In this document: piece after piece, positions 9,734 through 19,871 of the stretch
How the letters are laid out: every line of letters starts with the position of its first letter
Numbering within the stretch: the first letter of the stretch is position 1
Assembly: GCA_027459525.1 (NCBI GenBank)
Contig: DAIDIC010000185.1
Span: 3,992 to 67,991, forward strand
DNA length: 64,000 bases
DNA from: Ktedonobacteria bacterium
Lineage (GTDB): Bacteria > Chloroflexota > Ktedonobacteria > Ktedonobacterales > JACDGC01
Direction of reading: 5' to 3'
Program-made: the position numbers and the translations under genes
Notes under the pieces: model-generated
What the model was told of the DNA's origin: nothing
What the model saw: only the letters and a program-made list of their open reading frames with translations
Databases searched by the model: none

Positions 9734-10537
9734 ATGAGTAATGTAACTGAAAAACTGAGCCTTTATTCTACCGGAGATACTATAGAGGCGCCGGCGCGCG
9801 AAACTGAAACCCAGCGAACTGCCACTATTTATTTGGTCCGCCATGGCCAGTCTGAATTTAACGTAAGCCGCCGGCTGCCCGGCCAATTAAAAGGCATTCA
9901 TCTTACCGAACAAGGTAAAAAAGAAGCTGCAGATTTAGGAAACGCTATTAAAGATATGCCTTTGTCGGCGATTATATCCAGCCCTTTGGAACGCGCGTAT
10001 GAAACGGCGGATCTTGTGCGTGGCTTTCACGATGTCCCAATCCATATTGATGATCGCCTGATGGATACGGGTATGGGTGAATGGGCAGGCCAAGACGCGC
10101 ATGAACTGGCTAAAGTTAACCCACTGTGGGCAGAATATGTGCGCCGCCCAACACAGCCGCCGGCCGGAGTTGATGGCGTAGAAGGCTTTTATGCGGTGCT
10201 TCAGCGGGTGATTGCCGCAGTGGAAGACGCCCGGCATAACTTGGAGTATGGCGAACATATTATGTTTGTGGCGCACGCCGACCCAATTAAACTGATTATC
10301 TCACATTATCTGCGGCTGCCCATTGAAAATTCGGCGTGGCTGTTTATCCCCAACGCATCGATCACTATTCTTTCATTTACCGGTAAGGAAGATCCCCGCG
10401 TAAAGGCGCTTACCTGGACACCGGCTCCGGCGTGGCTGCGCTCTGACGCAGCGCCACAAACAAGCGGCGAATTGCCGAAAAACGCGAAGCCGCAAAAAAA
10501 TGTTGAGCCGCGAAAAAAAGTACACGCCATAAAATAG
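9734..10537 (+). CDS. Histidine phosphatase superfamily (phosphoglycerate-mutase-like) protein
   Basis: It has the IYLVRHGQSEFN (RHG) motif and later FVAHADPIK. The upstream part of the ORF-track ORF looks non-coding. Confidence 0.8.
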   Translation: MSNVTEKLSLYSTGDTIEAPARETETQRTATIYLVRHGQSEFNVSRRLPGQLKGIHLTEQGKKEAADLGNAIKDMPLSAIISSPLERAYETADLVRGFHDVPIHIDDRLMDTGMGEWAGQDAHELAKVNPLWAEYVRRPTQPPAGVDGVEGFYAVLQRVIAAVEDARHNLEYGEHIMFVAHADPIKLIISHYLRLPIENSAWLFIPNASITILSFTGKEDPRVKALTWTPAPAWLRSDAAPQTSGELPKNAKPQKNVEPRKKVHAIK

Positions 10538-10577
10538 ATTATGGCAAATAGTTGTAGTTTTTGGGAAAAGCCTGTTC

Positions 10578-11456
10578 TTATGTTTTTGCTGCGGGGTTGG
10601 GTTTCTGCTTCTGTATAATCTGCTGCATAAATTGCGGTGAAGGCGGTGGCAATCCGCGGCGCAGCAAATCTAAATACGCCTGAAGGGCAATGACATCTTC
10701 CGGTGGCAGATCGGGCAATTTTTCGCGTATTTCCTGAATATCTTTGATAAGTCCCGAAACTCGTTCATGCGAAATAGCAATTTCGACTTGGGCCGCCAAT
10801 TTATCTGAATTACTGTCAAAATCAACCCAATAGACTGTTTCAAGGATCAGGCCGTATGGCTTAAAAATCTCGTTAACACTATCTCGCAGCACTTGAATAA
10901 AATCTTCACGGGTATCGATACGCTCAAAAGCTTGCTTGGGATAATGCAGCGCAAGGTGTTTTGCGGCGACATTTATGGTTTGATCTACCATCTGTCCAAG
11001 TTCATCTATAGTTGTATCCGGTGTTTTTTCGCTTTGTCGCATATCCATTAAAAGCGTCATTTTTATCATTGTATCGATAAGCGTAATTTCCGGGGAAATT
11101 CTCCAGCGAATTTGCAGTTCTGCGTAAAAACGCTCATTGCTGTCACTTGGCCGCATGTTATTTAATTTGATTTTTTGCGTGCGCAGCTGCATGTTTACGC
11201 ATTGATTGGGATAGATATTTTCGATACCGGGAATAATAAATATTGCGCCGGGCTGCCCGATATGATGCATATGCCCAAAACGATATACAATCGGCCGGTG
11301 AGGATCGATGGTTGTTTTCATGAATATCTTAAAGCCGGCTATCAACGCTGCCATACAGATAATAACGCTAAGCCAAGCCATTCTTGGCGCATAGATAATT
11401 GCTGTTATAGTCAATCCAAGAATAGTAATAAGAAAGATTCGCACGGATGTATTCAT
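10578..11456 (-). CDS. Membrane protein with divergent SPFH/band-7-like domain
   Basis: It has two N-terminal TM segments followed by a VYRFGHMHHIGQPGAIFIIPGIENIY..VNMQLRT pattern typical of stomatin/prohibitin-like domains. The similarity is weak. Confidence 0.5.
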   Translation of the reverse strand: MNTSVRIFLITILGLTITAIIYAPRMAWLSVIICMAALIAGFKIFMKTTIDPHRPIVYRFGHMHHIGQPGAIFIIPGIENIYPNQCVNMQLRTQKIKLNNMRPSDSNERFYAELQIRWRISPEITLIDTMIKMTLLMDMRQSEKTPDTTIDELGQMVDQTINVAAKHLALHYPKQAFERIDTREDFIQVLRDSVNEIFKPYGLILETVYWVDFDSNSDKLAAQVEIAISHERVSGLIKDIQEIREKLPDLPPEDVIALQAYLDLLRRGLPPPSPQFMQQIIQKQKPNPAAKT

Positions 11457-11582
11457 TGAAAAGACAGACGCAGCGACTCTTGTTTTAGACGTGGTGTCGC
11501 CTCACTGCGCCGACTCCTTTCATGTATTGCAAGGCAAAACAGGCGCCAATCAGCGCGCTGCGCCGCAATTTGGCAAATAATT

Positions 11583-11718
11583 TAGGACTTTCGCTTGAAA
11601 GAAAAACACATGCTTCTTGTATCTGCAACAAAGGGAGGTCTGGGGACATCCCAAAACCCCGACAAGTGGCGTCGCCCTTTGTACATCCCCGATTTTCCAT
11701 GCTGCAGCGAAAGTCCTG
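11583..11718 (+). mobile_element. MITE-like element, copy 2 (flanking 5-bp repeat TAATT)
   Basis: It has the same TIRs as copy 1. TAATT occurs at 11578-11582 and 11719-11723. It belongs to the same subtype as the copy at 33290. Confidence 0.75.
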
Positions 11719-11850
11719 TAATTAACAGAAAATGAGATCTTTTGCCGCTTTTATATGAACAGCAGCGTGATGAGATGTGATGAACTGCTGTAGCCGGAGC
11801 GTTTTTATACAGAACGCAGCGCTTGCGGCTTAGCGGCTAACGGCGCTCTT

Positions 11851-12288
11851 TCAGCGCTGTGTTTTTTCGCATTCCGCGCAGATTCCGGTCAGGGCTAAAT
11901 GGTCGGCGCGAATGTTGAACCCATAGCGCAGCCGGGTTTGTTCGCGCAGTTCAGTAAAAATTTCATCCGCTACTTCCCAGCGCCGCCGGCATTTCTCACA
12001 AATCAGGTGATGATGAGGGTGCGCGCCGATGAGTTCATACTCTGCAGCTTGGTCATCAAAGCGTGTTTCAGAAATAATATTATGTTTGCGCAGTGTTTCC
12101 AGCGTGCGGTAAACGGTGCCTTGGTGAATGGCCGGAATATGTTCGCGCGCGCGTTCACCGATTATCTCTGCGGTGAGGCGCTGATTTGTTCCTTCATCGA
12201 TTACATGCAGTATAATAATCCGCTGCGTAGTTATTTTTACACCATATCGTGTCAGCAGCTCTTTATATTGGGAATAGGGATCGCTCAT
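11851..12288 (-). CDS. Fur-family metal-responsive transcriptional regulator
   Basis: It has ITTQRIIILHVI, the QGTVYRTLETL winged helix, and HHHLICEKC..CAEC metal sites. Confidence 0.85.
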   Translation of the reverse strand: MSDPYSQYKELLTRYGVKITTQRIIILHVIDEGTNQRLTAEIIGERAREHIPAIHQGTVYRTLETLRKHNIISETRFDDQAAEYELIGAHPHHHLICEKCRRRWEVADEIFTELREQTRLRYGFNIRADHLALTGICAECEKTQR

Positions 12289-12633
12289 TGAATACCCTTT
12301 TAAAAAAATAATGTTTTGCGTTGCAGAATGCGCCTGCGCTGCGTGGCAAACCGTGTTTGCGCATGCTATGCCGCTATTTCCTTGCGGATTCTTGCTGTAA
12401 TCTCACGAGTGTTTGTTGTGGCGGAAAAATCTTGCCGGAACATAAACATACTATAGAGCATAAGAGATGAAAGCGCAAGAGGAAGATGAACGTTTTTTTG
12501 AAGCGTTTTGTTGCTGTTACGGTTCCGGCAAAAGTTTCGGTTAATAAAATAATTCCTCTGCCTTTGCCGGCCAATACATGAACAAAATCAATTCAAAGCC
12601 AGAAATTGTGACGGCGCCAAAGCGCTGATATCA

Positions 12634-14193
12634 TTAAGGCAAACCCGCTGCGTTGCGCGCCAGCTGAATAATTTCTGTCGGAGCGACGCCAAAGCCGATA
12701 ACACCGACTGCGGCAGCCAGCAAAGCAATAGCTGCGCCAACAGGCAAAACTGCCGCCGCTGCAGACACTACTGAAACTTTGGCTGTGGCAATTGAGCCGC
12801 CCGCGCTGAGTATTTCAGCTTGTAATGGTTCTGCTTTTGCGCTGCTTTCGGCGGGCTGAACGAAATACATCATCCAAATAACCCGCAGGTAATAGAAAAA
12901 GCCTGCGGCGCTGGCGAGAACACCAATAATAGTTAACTCTATGTGTCCGCCGACGGCTGCCGCATAAAATACGGTATATTTTCCGATAAATCCCGCCGCG
13001 CCGGGTATTCCAGCTAGCGCAAAGAGAAACACCGCCATTGCTGCGGCAAGCAGCGGGTTGCGCACGGAAAGGCCGCGCAAATCATCCAGTGAAACATGGG
13101 TGTCTATCTGCTGCTCTAGCACCGAAAGAACGCCAAAGGCTCCCGTGTTCATCAGCGCGTATACGGCTAAATAGGTTAACACGCCGGCTGAACCTAATGA
13201 TGTGGCCACAGCGACACCGATGAGCATATAACCGGCGTGGGCAACGCCGGAGTACGCCAGCATGCGTTTAACATTTGTTTGTGTCGCCGCCAGAATATTG
13301 CCGCCAATGACGGTAATGACTGCCAACGCCCAAATAATTCCCTGCCACTCAGCCGCCGCGGCGCCAAATGTTTCGGTAAACAGGCGAATAAACACCACGA
13401 AAGCCGCCGTTTTTGTGCCGGACGCCATCATAGCGGTTATCGGTGTTGGCGCGCCTTCGTATACATCGGGTGTCCAAGCGTGAAACGGAATAGCCGAAAC
13501 CTTAAACGACAACCCAATAATCAGCAGCGCCATACCCATAATAAAATATGGCCCAAATCCGCTCGTCAGCGTAATAGCGTGGCTGGCGAGAAATTTTTGC
13601 ACGCCGGCTAATTGAGTTGTGCCGGTAGCTCCATAGGTTAAGGCCATGCCGTACAATAAAAAGCCCGAGGCAAACGCGCTGAGCATAAAATATTTCAGCC
13701 CGGACTCATAGGCTTTGGTTTGCCCCGGTGAGAAGGCGCATAAAATATATAGCGGAAGTGAAAGCAGCTCTATGCCCAAAAATATTGTCATTAAACTGGC
13801 GGCGCTTGCCAACAGCAGCATTCCTAACGCCGCTAATTGCACGAGCGTGTAATACTCTCCCTGCTGAGCAACCCCTTGGCGTTCAATATATCCCGGGGCA
13901 ATCAGCAAGGAAAGAAATGTTGTCACTAAAATAATGACGGAGCCGAACAATGCGAGGTGATCGGTAGTTATCATGCCGTTAAACGCAGTTGTATCACCGC
14001 TTGATTGATAGAGCATGTAAACACCGGCCCCAGAGCCTGCTATACCGGCCAGCGCCACCGCAACCAACGCGCCGCGCGCTTTTGCCGGCAGAAAAATATC
14101 AATAAGCATAGTCAGCGCTGTAGTTACAACCAGCGGCGCTAACGCCAGCAGATGTCCCCAATCTGCATTGGAAACTGTATAGATAAAGTTCAT
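12634..14193 (-). CDS. nuoN: NADH-quinone oxidoreductase subunit N-like antiporter subunit
   Basis: It has typical NuoN/ND2 TM motifs (GIELLSLPLYIL, KYFMLSAFASGFLLYG, PFHAWTPDVYEGAP). The true start at 14193 forms an ATGA overlap with the nuoM stop, so the ORF-track N-terminal extension is spurious. Confidence 0.85.
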   Translation of the reverse strand: MNFIYTVSNADWGHLLALAPLVVTTALTMLIDIFLPAKARGALVAVALAGIAGSGAGVYMLYQSSGDTTAFNGMITTDHLALFGSVIILVTTFLSLLIAPGYIERQGVAQQGEYYTLVQLAALGMLLLASAASLMTIFLGIELLSLPLYILCAFSPGQTKAYESGLKYFMLSAFASGFLLYGMALTYGATGTTQLAGVQKFLASHAITLTSGFGPYFIMGMALLIIGLSFKVSAIPFHAWTPDVYEGAPTPITAMMASGTKTAAFVVFIRLFTETFGAAAAEWQGIIWALAVITVIGGNILAATQTNVKRMLAYSGVAHAGYMLIGVAVATSLGSAGVLTYLAVYALMNTGAFGVLSVLEQQIDTHVSLDDLRGLSVRNPLLAAAMAVFLFALAGIPGAAGFIGKYTVFYAAAVGGHIELTIIGVLASAAGFFYYLRVIWMMYFVQPAESSAKAEPLQAEILSAGGSIATAKVSVVSAAAAVLPVGAAIALLAAAVGVIGFGVAPTEIIQLARNAAGLP

Positions 14194-15734
14194 AATGCGC
14201 TTTGCCGTCCCAATATTTGAATAATGCGCGGCCCACTTGCATGAATTTGCTGAAGCAACGCGGTAAACTGTGTTAACGTCGGCCCAATACGATCCGGTAT
14301 AAAAGCGGGAGCTAGGCCAATGAACAGCATCAGCGCTATCAGCAGAAGCATGGGCAGCAGCGCGGCGAAAGAAATATCCGCAGATTGCGCGCGCGTCGCG
14401 GCGGTTCCATTTGGCTGGACAAAAACTTCTCCTTCGGGGCCTTCCATAACGCCTTGAAAGAATTGCAACATATACCAAGCGGCAGGAATGATAACCAATG
14501 TTGCCAGCGCGCCAAGAACTGCGTTAGCTTGAAATGCGCCCAGCAGGGTGAGAAATTCGCCGGAAAAACTATTTAGCCCGGGCAAACCCAACGAAGACAG
14601 CGCGGCAATGCAAAAAACCGTCGCCAAAATAGGGGTGTGCCGCGCCATGCCGCCAAATCTGCGCAGTGAACGAGTAGCGAATCGTGATTCGATATAACCG
14701 GCAATGATAAAGAGCGCCCCAGTGGTAACGCCGTGATTCAGCATTTGCAGAACAGAGCCTTCCAGCCCAAATGTGTTCAGCGCAAATATACCAAGGATGA
14801 TAACGTTCATATGGCTGACGCTGGAATATGCCAGCAATCGTTTCATATCAGACTGTGTCAGCGCCTGTACTGCGCTGTATAAAATGCCGATAACCGCCAG
14901 CACAGCAATATATGGAGCCGCCTGTTTTGCAGCTTGAGGAAAAATTGCCGCGCCAAACCGCAGAAAGCCATATACTCCGGTTTTCGACATAATCCCCGCC
15001 AGCATAACAGTAACCGGAGCAGGAGCCTCGGTATAGGCGTCGGGCGCCCAAGAGTGAAACGGGAACAGCGGCGATTTTACGGCAAACGCTGCTGCAAACG
15101 CCAGAAATAAAAGAAGTTGTGCGTTTGCGGGAACGTGACCCGCTAATTGCGCAAAACTCATGCCGGTTCCACCGGCAACGACGGCGTTTAAGCCGATAAC
15201 CCCGGCCAGCATAAGTAAAGAGCCGACAGCGGTATATAAAACAAATTTTATCGCCGCGTAGGTTCTGCGGGGTCCGCCAAATGTTCCTACCAGCAGATAA
15301 GCCGGAACCAGCATTATTTCCCAGAACACATAAAAGAGAAATGCGTTTTGGGCGAGAAACACACCCTGAATGCCGGTGGCTAAAAAGAGCATCAGAAAAT
15401 AAAATAGGCGCGGCTTGTCGGAATTTTGCGAGACTTCTCCGGAAACCGCGATTGCGGTAAACGTCAGTAAAGCGGTAAGGATAATCAGGAAGATACTGAC
15501 GCCATCTGCGCCAAGAGTATAGTTTAGGCCCAGCCCCGGTATCCATGGCTGCGCTTCGGTAAATTGCACTGAGCCGGACGCCGTAAACTGAAAGCCTGCG
15601 TATACGGCCAGCGCCAGTTCTATGGCGGAAACGCCAATCGCCCACAAACGCGCCGCGCCGCGGGGAAACAGCGTTCCGGCCAAACCGCCGGCGGCCGGAA
15701 GAAAAATCAGCGCCGACAAGATGGGGAAATTCAC
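14190..15734 (-). CDS. nuoM: NADH-quinone oxidoreductase subunit M-like antiporter subunit
   Basis: It has NuoM/ND4 motifs (FYVFWEIMLVPAYLLVG, KSPLFPFHSWAPDAYTEAP). The start is GTG with AAGAGGGG upstream. Confidence 0.85.
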   Translation of the reverse strand: MNFPILSALIFLPAAGGLAGTLFPRGAARLWAIGVSAIELALAVYAGFQFTASGSVQFTEAQPWIPGLGLNYTLGADGVSIFLIILTALLTFTAIAVSGEVSQNSDKPRLFYFLMLFLATGIQGVFLAQNAFLFYVFWEIMLVPAYLLVGTFGGPRRTYAAIKFVLYTAVGSLLMLAGVIGLNAVVAGGTGMSFAQLAGHVPANAQLLLFLAFAAAFAVKSPLFPFHSWAPDAYTEAPAPVTVMLAGIMSKTGVYGFLRFGAAIFPQAAKQAAPYIAVLAVIGILYSAVQALTQSDMKRLLAYSSVSHMNVIILGIFALNTFGLEGSVLQMLNHGVTTGALFIIAGYIESRFATRSLRRFGGMARHTPILATVFCIAALSSLGLPGLNSFSGEFLTLLGAFQANAVLGALATLVIIPAAWYMLQFFQGVMEGPEGEVFVQPNGTAATRAQSADISFAALLPMLLLIALMLFIGLAPAFIPDRIGPTLTQFTALLQQIHASGPRIIQILGRQSAL

Positions 15735-15788
15735 GTTAAGAACCCCTCTTTCGTGTTAGAAAATAGATATTTTTAAAAGCGTTACTAT

Positions 15789-15812
15789 TCATTGTACAGA
15801 TATCATTGTACA
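15789..15812 (-). promoter_or_regulatory. Direct repeat TCATTGTACA x2 (14-bp period) upstream of nuoM, candidate operator/promoter element
   Basis: TCATTGTACA occurs at 15789-15798 and 15803-15812. Each copy contains the TGTACA palindrome, 55-80 bp upstream of the nuoM start. The function is not demonstrated. Confidence 0.2.
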
Positions 15813-15830
15813 CCATATCCGGCTAAGGCG

Positions 15831-16517
15831 CTATTTGCGCTGCCGCCGAATCATCGGCATTCGCTGGTTTTGCAGCGTTACGCTGCACTTTGGGCAAATA
15901 TACATCCCATCGGCTTCGCGGTAACGCAATTCCTCGGCGGGAAACGCCATGTAGCATACGCCGCAGTGCCCCGCGTCGGGCCGCGACGAAATGGCGCGAT
16001 ACGTAATAAAACTCTCGCGCAAATCATCCAGCATATCGGTTAATTCTCCCACAGGCGTGGGGGTATGCTGGGTAATTGCGCGGGTTTCGTGCCCCGATAC
16101 ACTGCGCGGCCGCGGTGTATTTGTGGCAATATCAGTTTTAACGGTATATGGCTCTATTTCTTGGGAGGATCCGGCGTCTTCGCCGTCCTCTTCATCATCA
16201 TCCGGTATATTTTCGGCAAATTCGGAATTTTCCGTGCGGGCAATAATATCAACGTCCAGCGGCTTAAAATATTGTAAATGAGAATAAGCGCTGAGTGATT
16301 CAATATACTCGCCATGCGCGCCGTGAATTTCCACTTTGGCAAATTCGGTGCGTTCTATATGAATATGCGGCTGATCTTCGATGTGAATTTGATCGGTTGC
16401 GCTGTCTGTTTGCTCGGCGCCATCAGAATCATTGCTCCCGCTGCGTGTCGCATTCATTTGCAGGGTTGGCTTTTTTTTATCTCGTGAATGTTTATATCTG
16501 CGTTGGCTGCTCATCAT
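15831..16517 (-). CDS. Hypothetical acidic protein with C-terminal CxxC..CxxC zinc-ribbon
   Basis: This is a 228-aa ORF with a good RBS (AGAGGG). It has an acidic run DDDEEDGED and a C-terminus CGVCYMAF..ICPKC. I recognise no family. Confidence 0.5.
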   Translation of the reverse strand: MMSSQRRYKHSRDKKKPTLQMNATRSGSNDSDGAEQTDSATDQIHIEDQPHIHIERTEFAKVEIHGAHGEYIESLSAYSHLQYFKPLDVDIIARTENSEFAENIPDDDEEDGEDAGSSQEIEPYTVKTDIATNTPRPRSVSGHETRAITQHTPTPVGELTDMLDDLRESFITYRAISSRPDAGHCGVCYMAFPAEELRYREADGMYICPKCSVTLQNQRMPMIRRQRK

Positions 16518-16687
16518 TAAAACCCTCTGGCGTAGGTGAAAATTCCGCCAATATGTTCAGCATATCACGTATTGAACAGTTTGGCAGTATAATGCCGAAG
16601 GTCCCGCTCTTCTTGACATATTGAAAATATCTGGTAAGGTATTGTGTATCACATTTTTTTCTCGTTTGGGGGAGGCTTATTGTACAG

Positions 16688-17017
16688 ATGATTCAAGACT
16701 CCGGCAAGATGGCTGCCGCTGCCCACACAGCCATGGGAAAAATTATCCAATTTCGCGCGCCTGCCACAGAAGAGCCTGCGCCGCCCAGCGTTCAGGAACG
16801 CGGCAGGCATTTTTTAAAATTTGCGCTGCCGGCTATTCCGGTTGCGGTTTTTACCAGTGTATTTCTTTTGTGCTACTCTGTAGAAGCGGCCGACGCTACA
16901 TCTGCCGGCCGAGTTATCGATCCCGCCGCGCCGTTGTTGGGGGCGCTGGGAGTTACATTGTTAATAAGTGTTTTGTGTATCGCCATATACGAAATATATC
17001 GCAGAATTACCGCTTAG
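16688..17017 (+). CDS. Hypothetical small membrane protein (2 TM)
   Basis: GGGGGAGG lies upstream of ATG 16688, and the product has two hydrophobic segments. I recognise no family. Confidence 0.4.
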   Translation: MIQDSGKMAAAAHTAMGKIIQFRAPATEEPAPPSVQERGRHFLKFALPAIPVAVFTSVFLLCYSVEAADATSAGRVIDPAAPLLGALGVTLLISVLCIAIYEIYRRITA

Positions 17018-17090
17018 GCTTCGGCGCCGCCGTTGGATAAAAGAGATTTTTATGCAAGCTTCGGCGGCGCAAATGGTTTATCAATAGGCG

Positions 17091-18206
17091 CTATGACCGC
17101 CGGGCATATTGTTTTACTTGATCTTCAAATCCTCGGACATCCAGCCATGACTTTACTGCGCCGCCGATAATAACCGGAGCTTTTTGCAGCGCGGCAATAT
17201 TGGGAGAACCGGTAAGTTGCATGGCGGTTTTTAATTCCAATAAAAATATCTCCAGGTAATCAAAAACGGCCTGTTGGCTGGTTGAAGCGGCTTTCAGCAT
17301 TGGAAACGCTATGCCGGCTACACTTGCGCCAAGCGCAATGGCTTTGGCGGCGTCTAATCCCGAGCGTATACCGCCGGTGGCGATAATTGGCAGTTTGGCG
17401 GCGCTGGCTTCTATAACGCTGATAGGTGTAGCAATACCCCAATTGCGAAATACACTGCCGATAGCTTTAGTTTTTATGTCGCCTATTTTTTCGGCGCGAA
17501 TGGCTTCCATTGCCGCCATACTGCTGCCGCCGGCTCCGCCGGTGTCTATTGCTTGTGCGCCGGCGTTTAGCAGCGCTAAGGCGCTTTCTTTGCTGATTCC
17601 TGCGCCGGTTTCTTTAGCGATGACCGGTTGTCCAACGGCTTTTGTCAATTGCGTAAGAGCGGCCAGCACACCGCGCGCGTTTAAATCACCTTCGGGCTGC
17701 GCCGATTCCTGCAGATAATTCAGGTGCAACGCCAGCGCGTCTGCGCCGATCATGCTTATTGCGCTGCGAATATCTTCGATAGTGAATGGCGCTTTGCCGG
17801 CTTGCGGAATAATTTGCGGCGCGCCAATATTAGCGATTAAAAACGCTGACGGAGCTACTCGCCGCGTAATGGCATAGGTTTCCGCCAGTTCCGGCGCGGC
17901 TATTCCGGCTCTTTGACTGCCCACCCCCATGGCCAGCCCATATTTTTCCGCCGCCGCGGCCAGTCGTTCGTTGATGATTGCCGCTCCGTCATATCCGCCG
18001 GTTATGGCAGATATAAATATTGGCGCGCGCAGTGTTTTTCCTAAAAATTCAATGTTACAGTCAATTTCATCGCGGTCTACTTCCGGAACCGCTTGGTGGA
18101 TAAGTTGTATATCTGCCCAAGAAGCGGCCTGCGGCGCGGAAAGATCGTGTTCCAGCGCCGCGGCAACATGTTCTGCTTTTCTTTGCCGAATGTTGTTGTT
18201 ATTCAT
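17091..18206 (-). CDS. fni: Type 2 (FMN-dependent) isopentenyl-diphosphate delta-isomerase
   Basis: It has RKAEHV, ISAITGG, GVGSQR, IAKETGAGIS, IDTGGAGGSS and ATGGIRSGLDAAKAIALGA. The start is at MNNNNIRQRK (18206), and the 122-codon upstream extension is spurious. Confidence 0.85.
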   Translation of the reverse strand: MNNNNIRQRKAEHVAAALEHDLSAPQAASWADIQLIHQAVPEVDRDEIDCNIEFLGKTLRAPIFISAITGGYDGAAIINERLAAAAEKYGLAMGVGSQRAGIAAPELAETYAITRRVAPSAFLIANIGAPQIIPQAGKAPFTIEDIRSAISMIGADALALHLNYLQESAQPEGDLNARGVLAALTQLTKAVGQPVIAKETGAGISKESALALLNAGAQAIDTGGAGGSSMAAMEAIRAEKIGDIKTKAIGSVFRNWGIATPISVIEASAAKLPIIATGGIRSGLDAAKAIALGASVAGIAFPMLKAASTSQQAVFDYLEIFLLELKTAMQLTGSPNIAALQKAPVIIGGAVKSWLDVRGFEDQVKQYARRS

Positions 18207-18512
18207 CGAAAGCCAATCCTTGAAAAAAAATTTTTTATATTGCCGACGCCGCAAAAATGAAAAAATGCGCGTCAAGAAATAAACTTGCGGCAGTTGACCC
18301 AGCTTTATGAAGACCATTCGGAGCCGCTGCAGCTTTTTTATCGGGAAATGAATCGGGAAATAGGTGTTTTTCCCTTGAAGCAAACATCTTAGTTTATAAT
18401 ATAACAAGACTGCCGTTTTGAACCAAGATATTTTGCCGCTGTTTCGGATGAACCGGATATGCGGCGCCGGCAAAAAGCAGAGTAAGGCAAACAAGGAAGC
18501 AGGCGCAAGTAC

Positions 18513-19637
18513 ATGGAACAGCAGAAATTGTTCCGGCGCGAGGCCGATATGGCGCAATGGTGGCAAAATCACGCGCCGTTAGGTGTTCCGTTGCAAACAA
18601 CCGACGGAACGCCGCTTATAATACTTTTTCAAGGGCGGCCGGGAGCGGGAAAGGGTCCCGATTTTTGTGACGCGGCTATCGAGTTGAACGGCGCCGCGCT
18701 TGCGGGAGATATTGAACTGCATTTACTCGCCGGAGGCTGGTTTTCTCATGGTCACGCGGCGGATCCGCGGTATAGCCGGGTTATTTTGCATGTAATCGCA
18801 GAGCCTATGCCCCGAGCGGCGCGTGGGGCAATAACAATGCTTGGCGCGCATATTCCGGCGCTGTTGGCAAACGCGGCGCTGTTGCAGCGTAGTTTAGCGG
18901 CTTCCCTGCCGGAGTGGCCCTGCCAAAGCGGAAAAATCAGCTCTGTTGCGCTCCGTCGGTTGGGAGAGCAGCGGTTTCAATTAAAAAAGCAGCGTTTTTT
19001 GCTTGAGTTGCGCCGTTCGGAAACGCCTGCGCGCGATTTAGAAACGGTTTTATGTAAGGCTATGGCTGCAGCGTGTGTTTTAGGTAGGGATCCATTGCCG
19101 GCGCGGGTGGTACGCTCAATTACAAAACTGCAAGGCGCGAAAGGCAGAGATTTTGGCGGCGCAGATATGGCAGTTGCTGAGGATATGGAAGATGTAATTG
19201 CCGCGCGGCGTGTATCTGCAATTATAAAGAAAAATCGGGCAGAGCGGCAGATGGCTGCATGGCTGTGCGGCGCCGCTTTTACACAAAGTCCTGCGCAATT
19301 TTGGCGCACGCTGCGATGTTGGCTGGCTGATGAGGCAGAGTCAGCGGGAAATATCAGCGCTGCGCGGGCGGATATTATTATTTGGAACGGTATATTGCCG
19401 GTTTTGGCGGCGTATGCTTCGGTGTGTGGCGCCATGCGGCTGGAAAACGCCGCGCTGCAATGCGCCATGCAAGCGCCGGGTCTGCAATCCAATATTTTGA
19501 CAAGATATATGAAGAATCTATGGTGTATGCGCAGGCTTCCAAGCGGCGCAGCGGCGCAGCAAGGTATGCACGCAGTATATTCCGGATGGTGTAAGGAAAA
19601 GCGCTGTGAAACCTGTCCCATGGCGCATTTGGGCTAG
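18513..19637 (+). CDS. DUF2851-like protein
   Basis: The N-terminal pattern GRPGAGKGPDFCDAAIELNG..AGDIELHLLAGGWFSHGHAADPRYSRVILHVI matches my memory of DUF2851. The function is unknown. Confidence 0.5.
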   Translation: MEQQKLFRREADMAQWWQNHAPLGVPLQTTDGTPLIILFQGRPGAGKGPDFCDAAIELNGAALAGDIELHLLAGGWFSHGHAADPRYSRVILHVIAEPMPRAARGAITMLGAHIPALLANAALLQRSLAASLPEWPCQSGKISSVALRRLGEQRFQLKKQRFLLELRRSETPARDLETVLCKAMAAACVLGRDPLPARVVRSITKLQGAKGRDFGGADMAVAEDMEDVIAARRVSAIIKKNRAERQMAAWLCGAAFTQSPAQFWRTLRCWLADEAESAGNISAARADIIIWNGILPVLAAYASVCGAMRLENAALQCAMQAPGLQSNILTRYMKNLWCMRRLPSGAAAQQGMHAVYSGWCKEKRCETCPMAHLG

Positions 19638-19871
19638 GCCGAATAGAGCAATGAAATTGAGGTGAAGCGGTTGCCTTACAATATTTGTATTATGACTGTG
19701 ATACGGTTTATTGCGTCTGTTCGCTGAGACACTGTATAATTAACGCAGTTAATTTATAGTAAATGAGAATGTTTTGCTCGAATTGATAAGGATGCGTCAG
19801 CGCACATAAATTATTTGCGCGGGAAAGGATAATGTTGCGCGGAGTAAAGCACCGGAAATTGAGAGGTAGAT

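Noticed and set aside
14848-15645. A 265-codon ORF antisense to or overlapping nuoM, and similar shadow ORFs inside nuoN, dnaE, GH31, the MFS gene, GlpD and the ROK gene.
   Set aside because: These are Arg/Cys-rich shadow frames inside genes that have strong family motifs on the other frame or strand.
17091-18572. N-terminal extensions of ORF-track ORFs. The cases are fni to 18572, nuoN to 14478, DUF1697 from 24899, S53 to 32464, the phosphatase from 9500, PIG-L from 4712 and the peptidase from 5620.
   Set aside because: The extensions lack family similarity. They overlap upstream genes or run through the MITE-like repeats. Internal starts with good RBS or ATGA coupling match the family N-termini.
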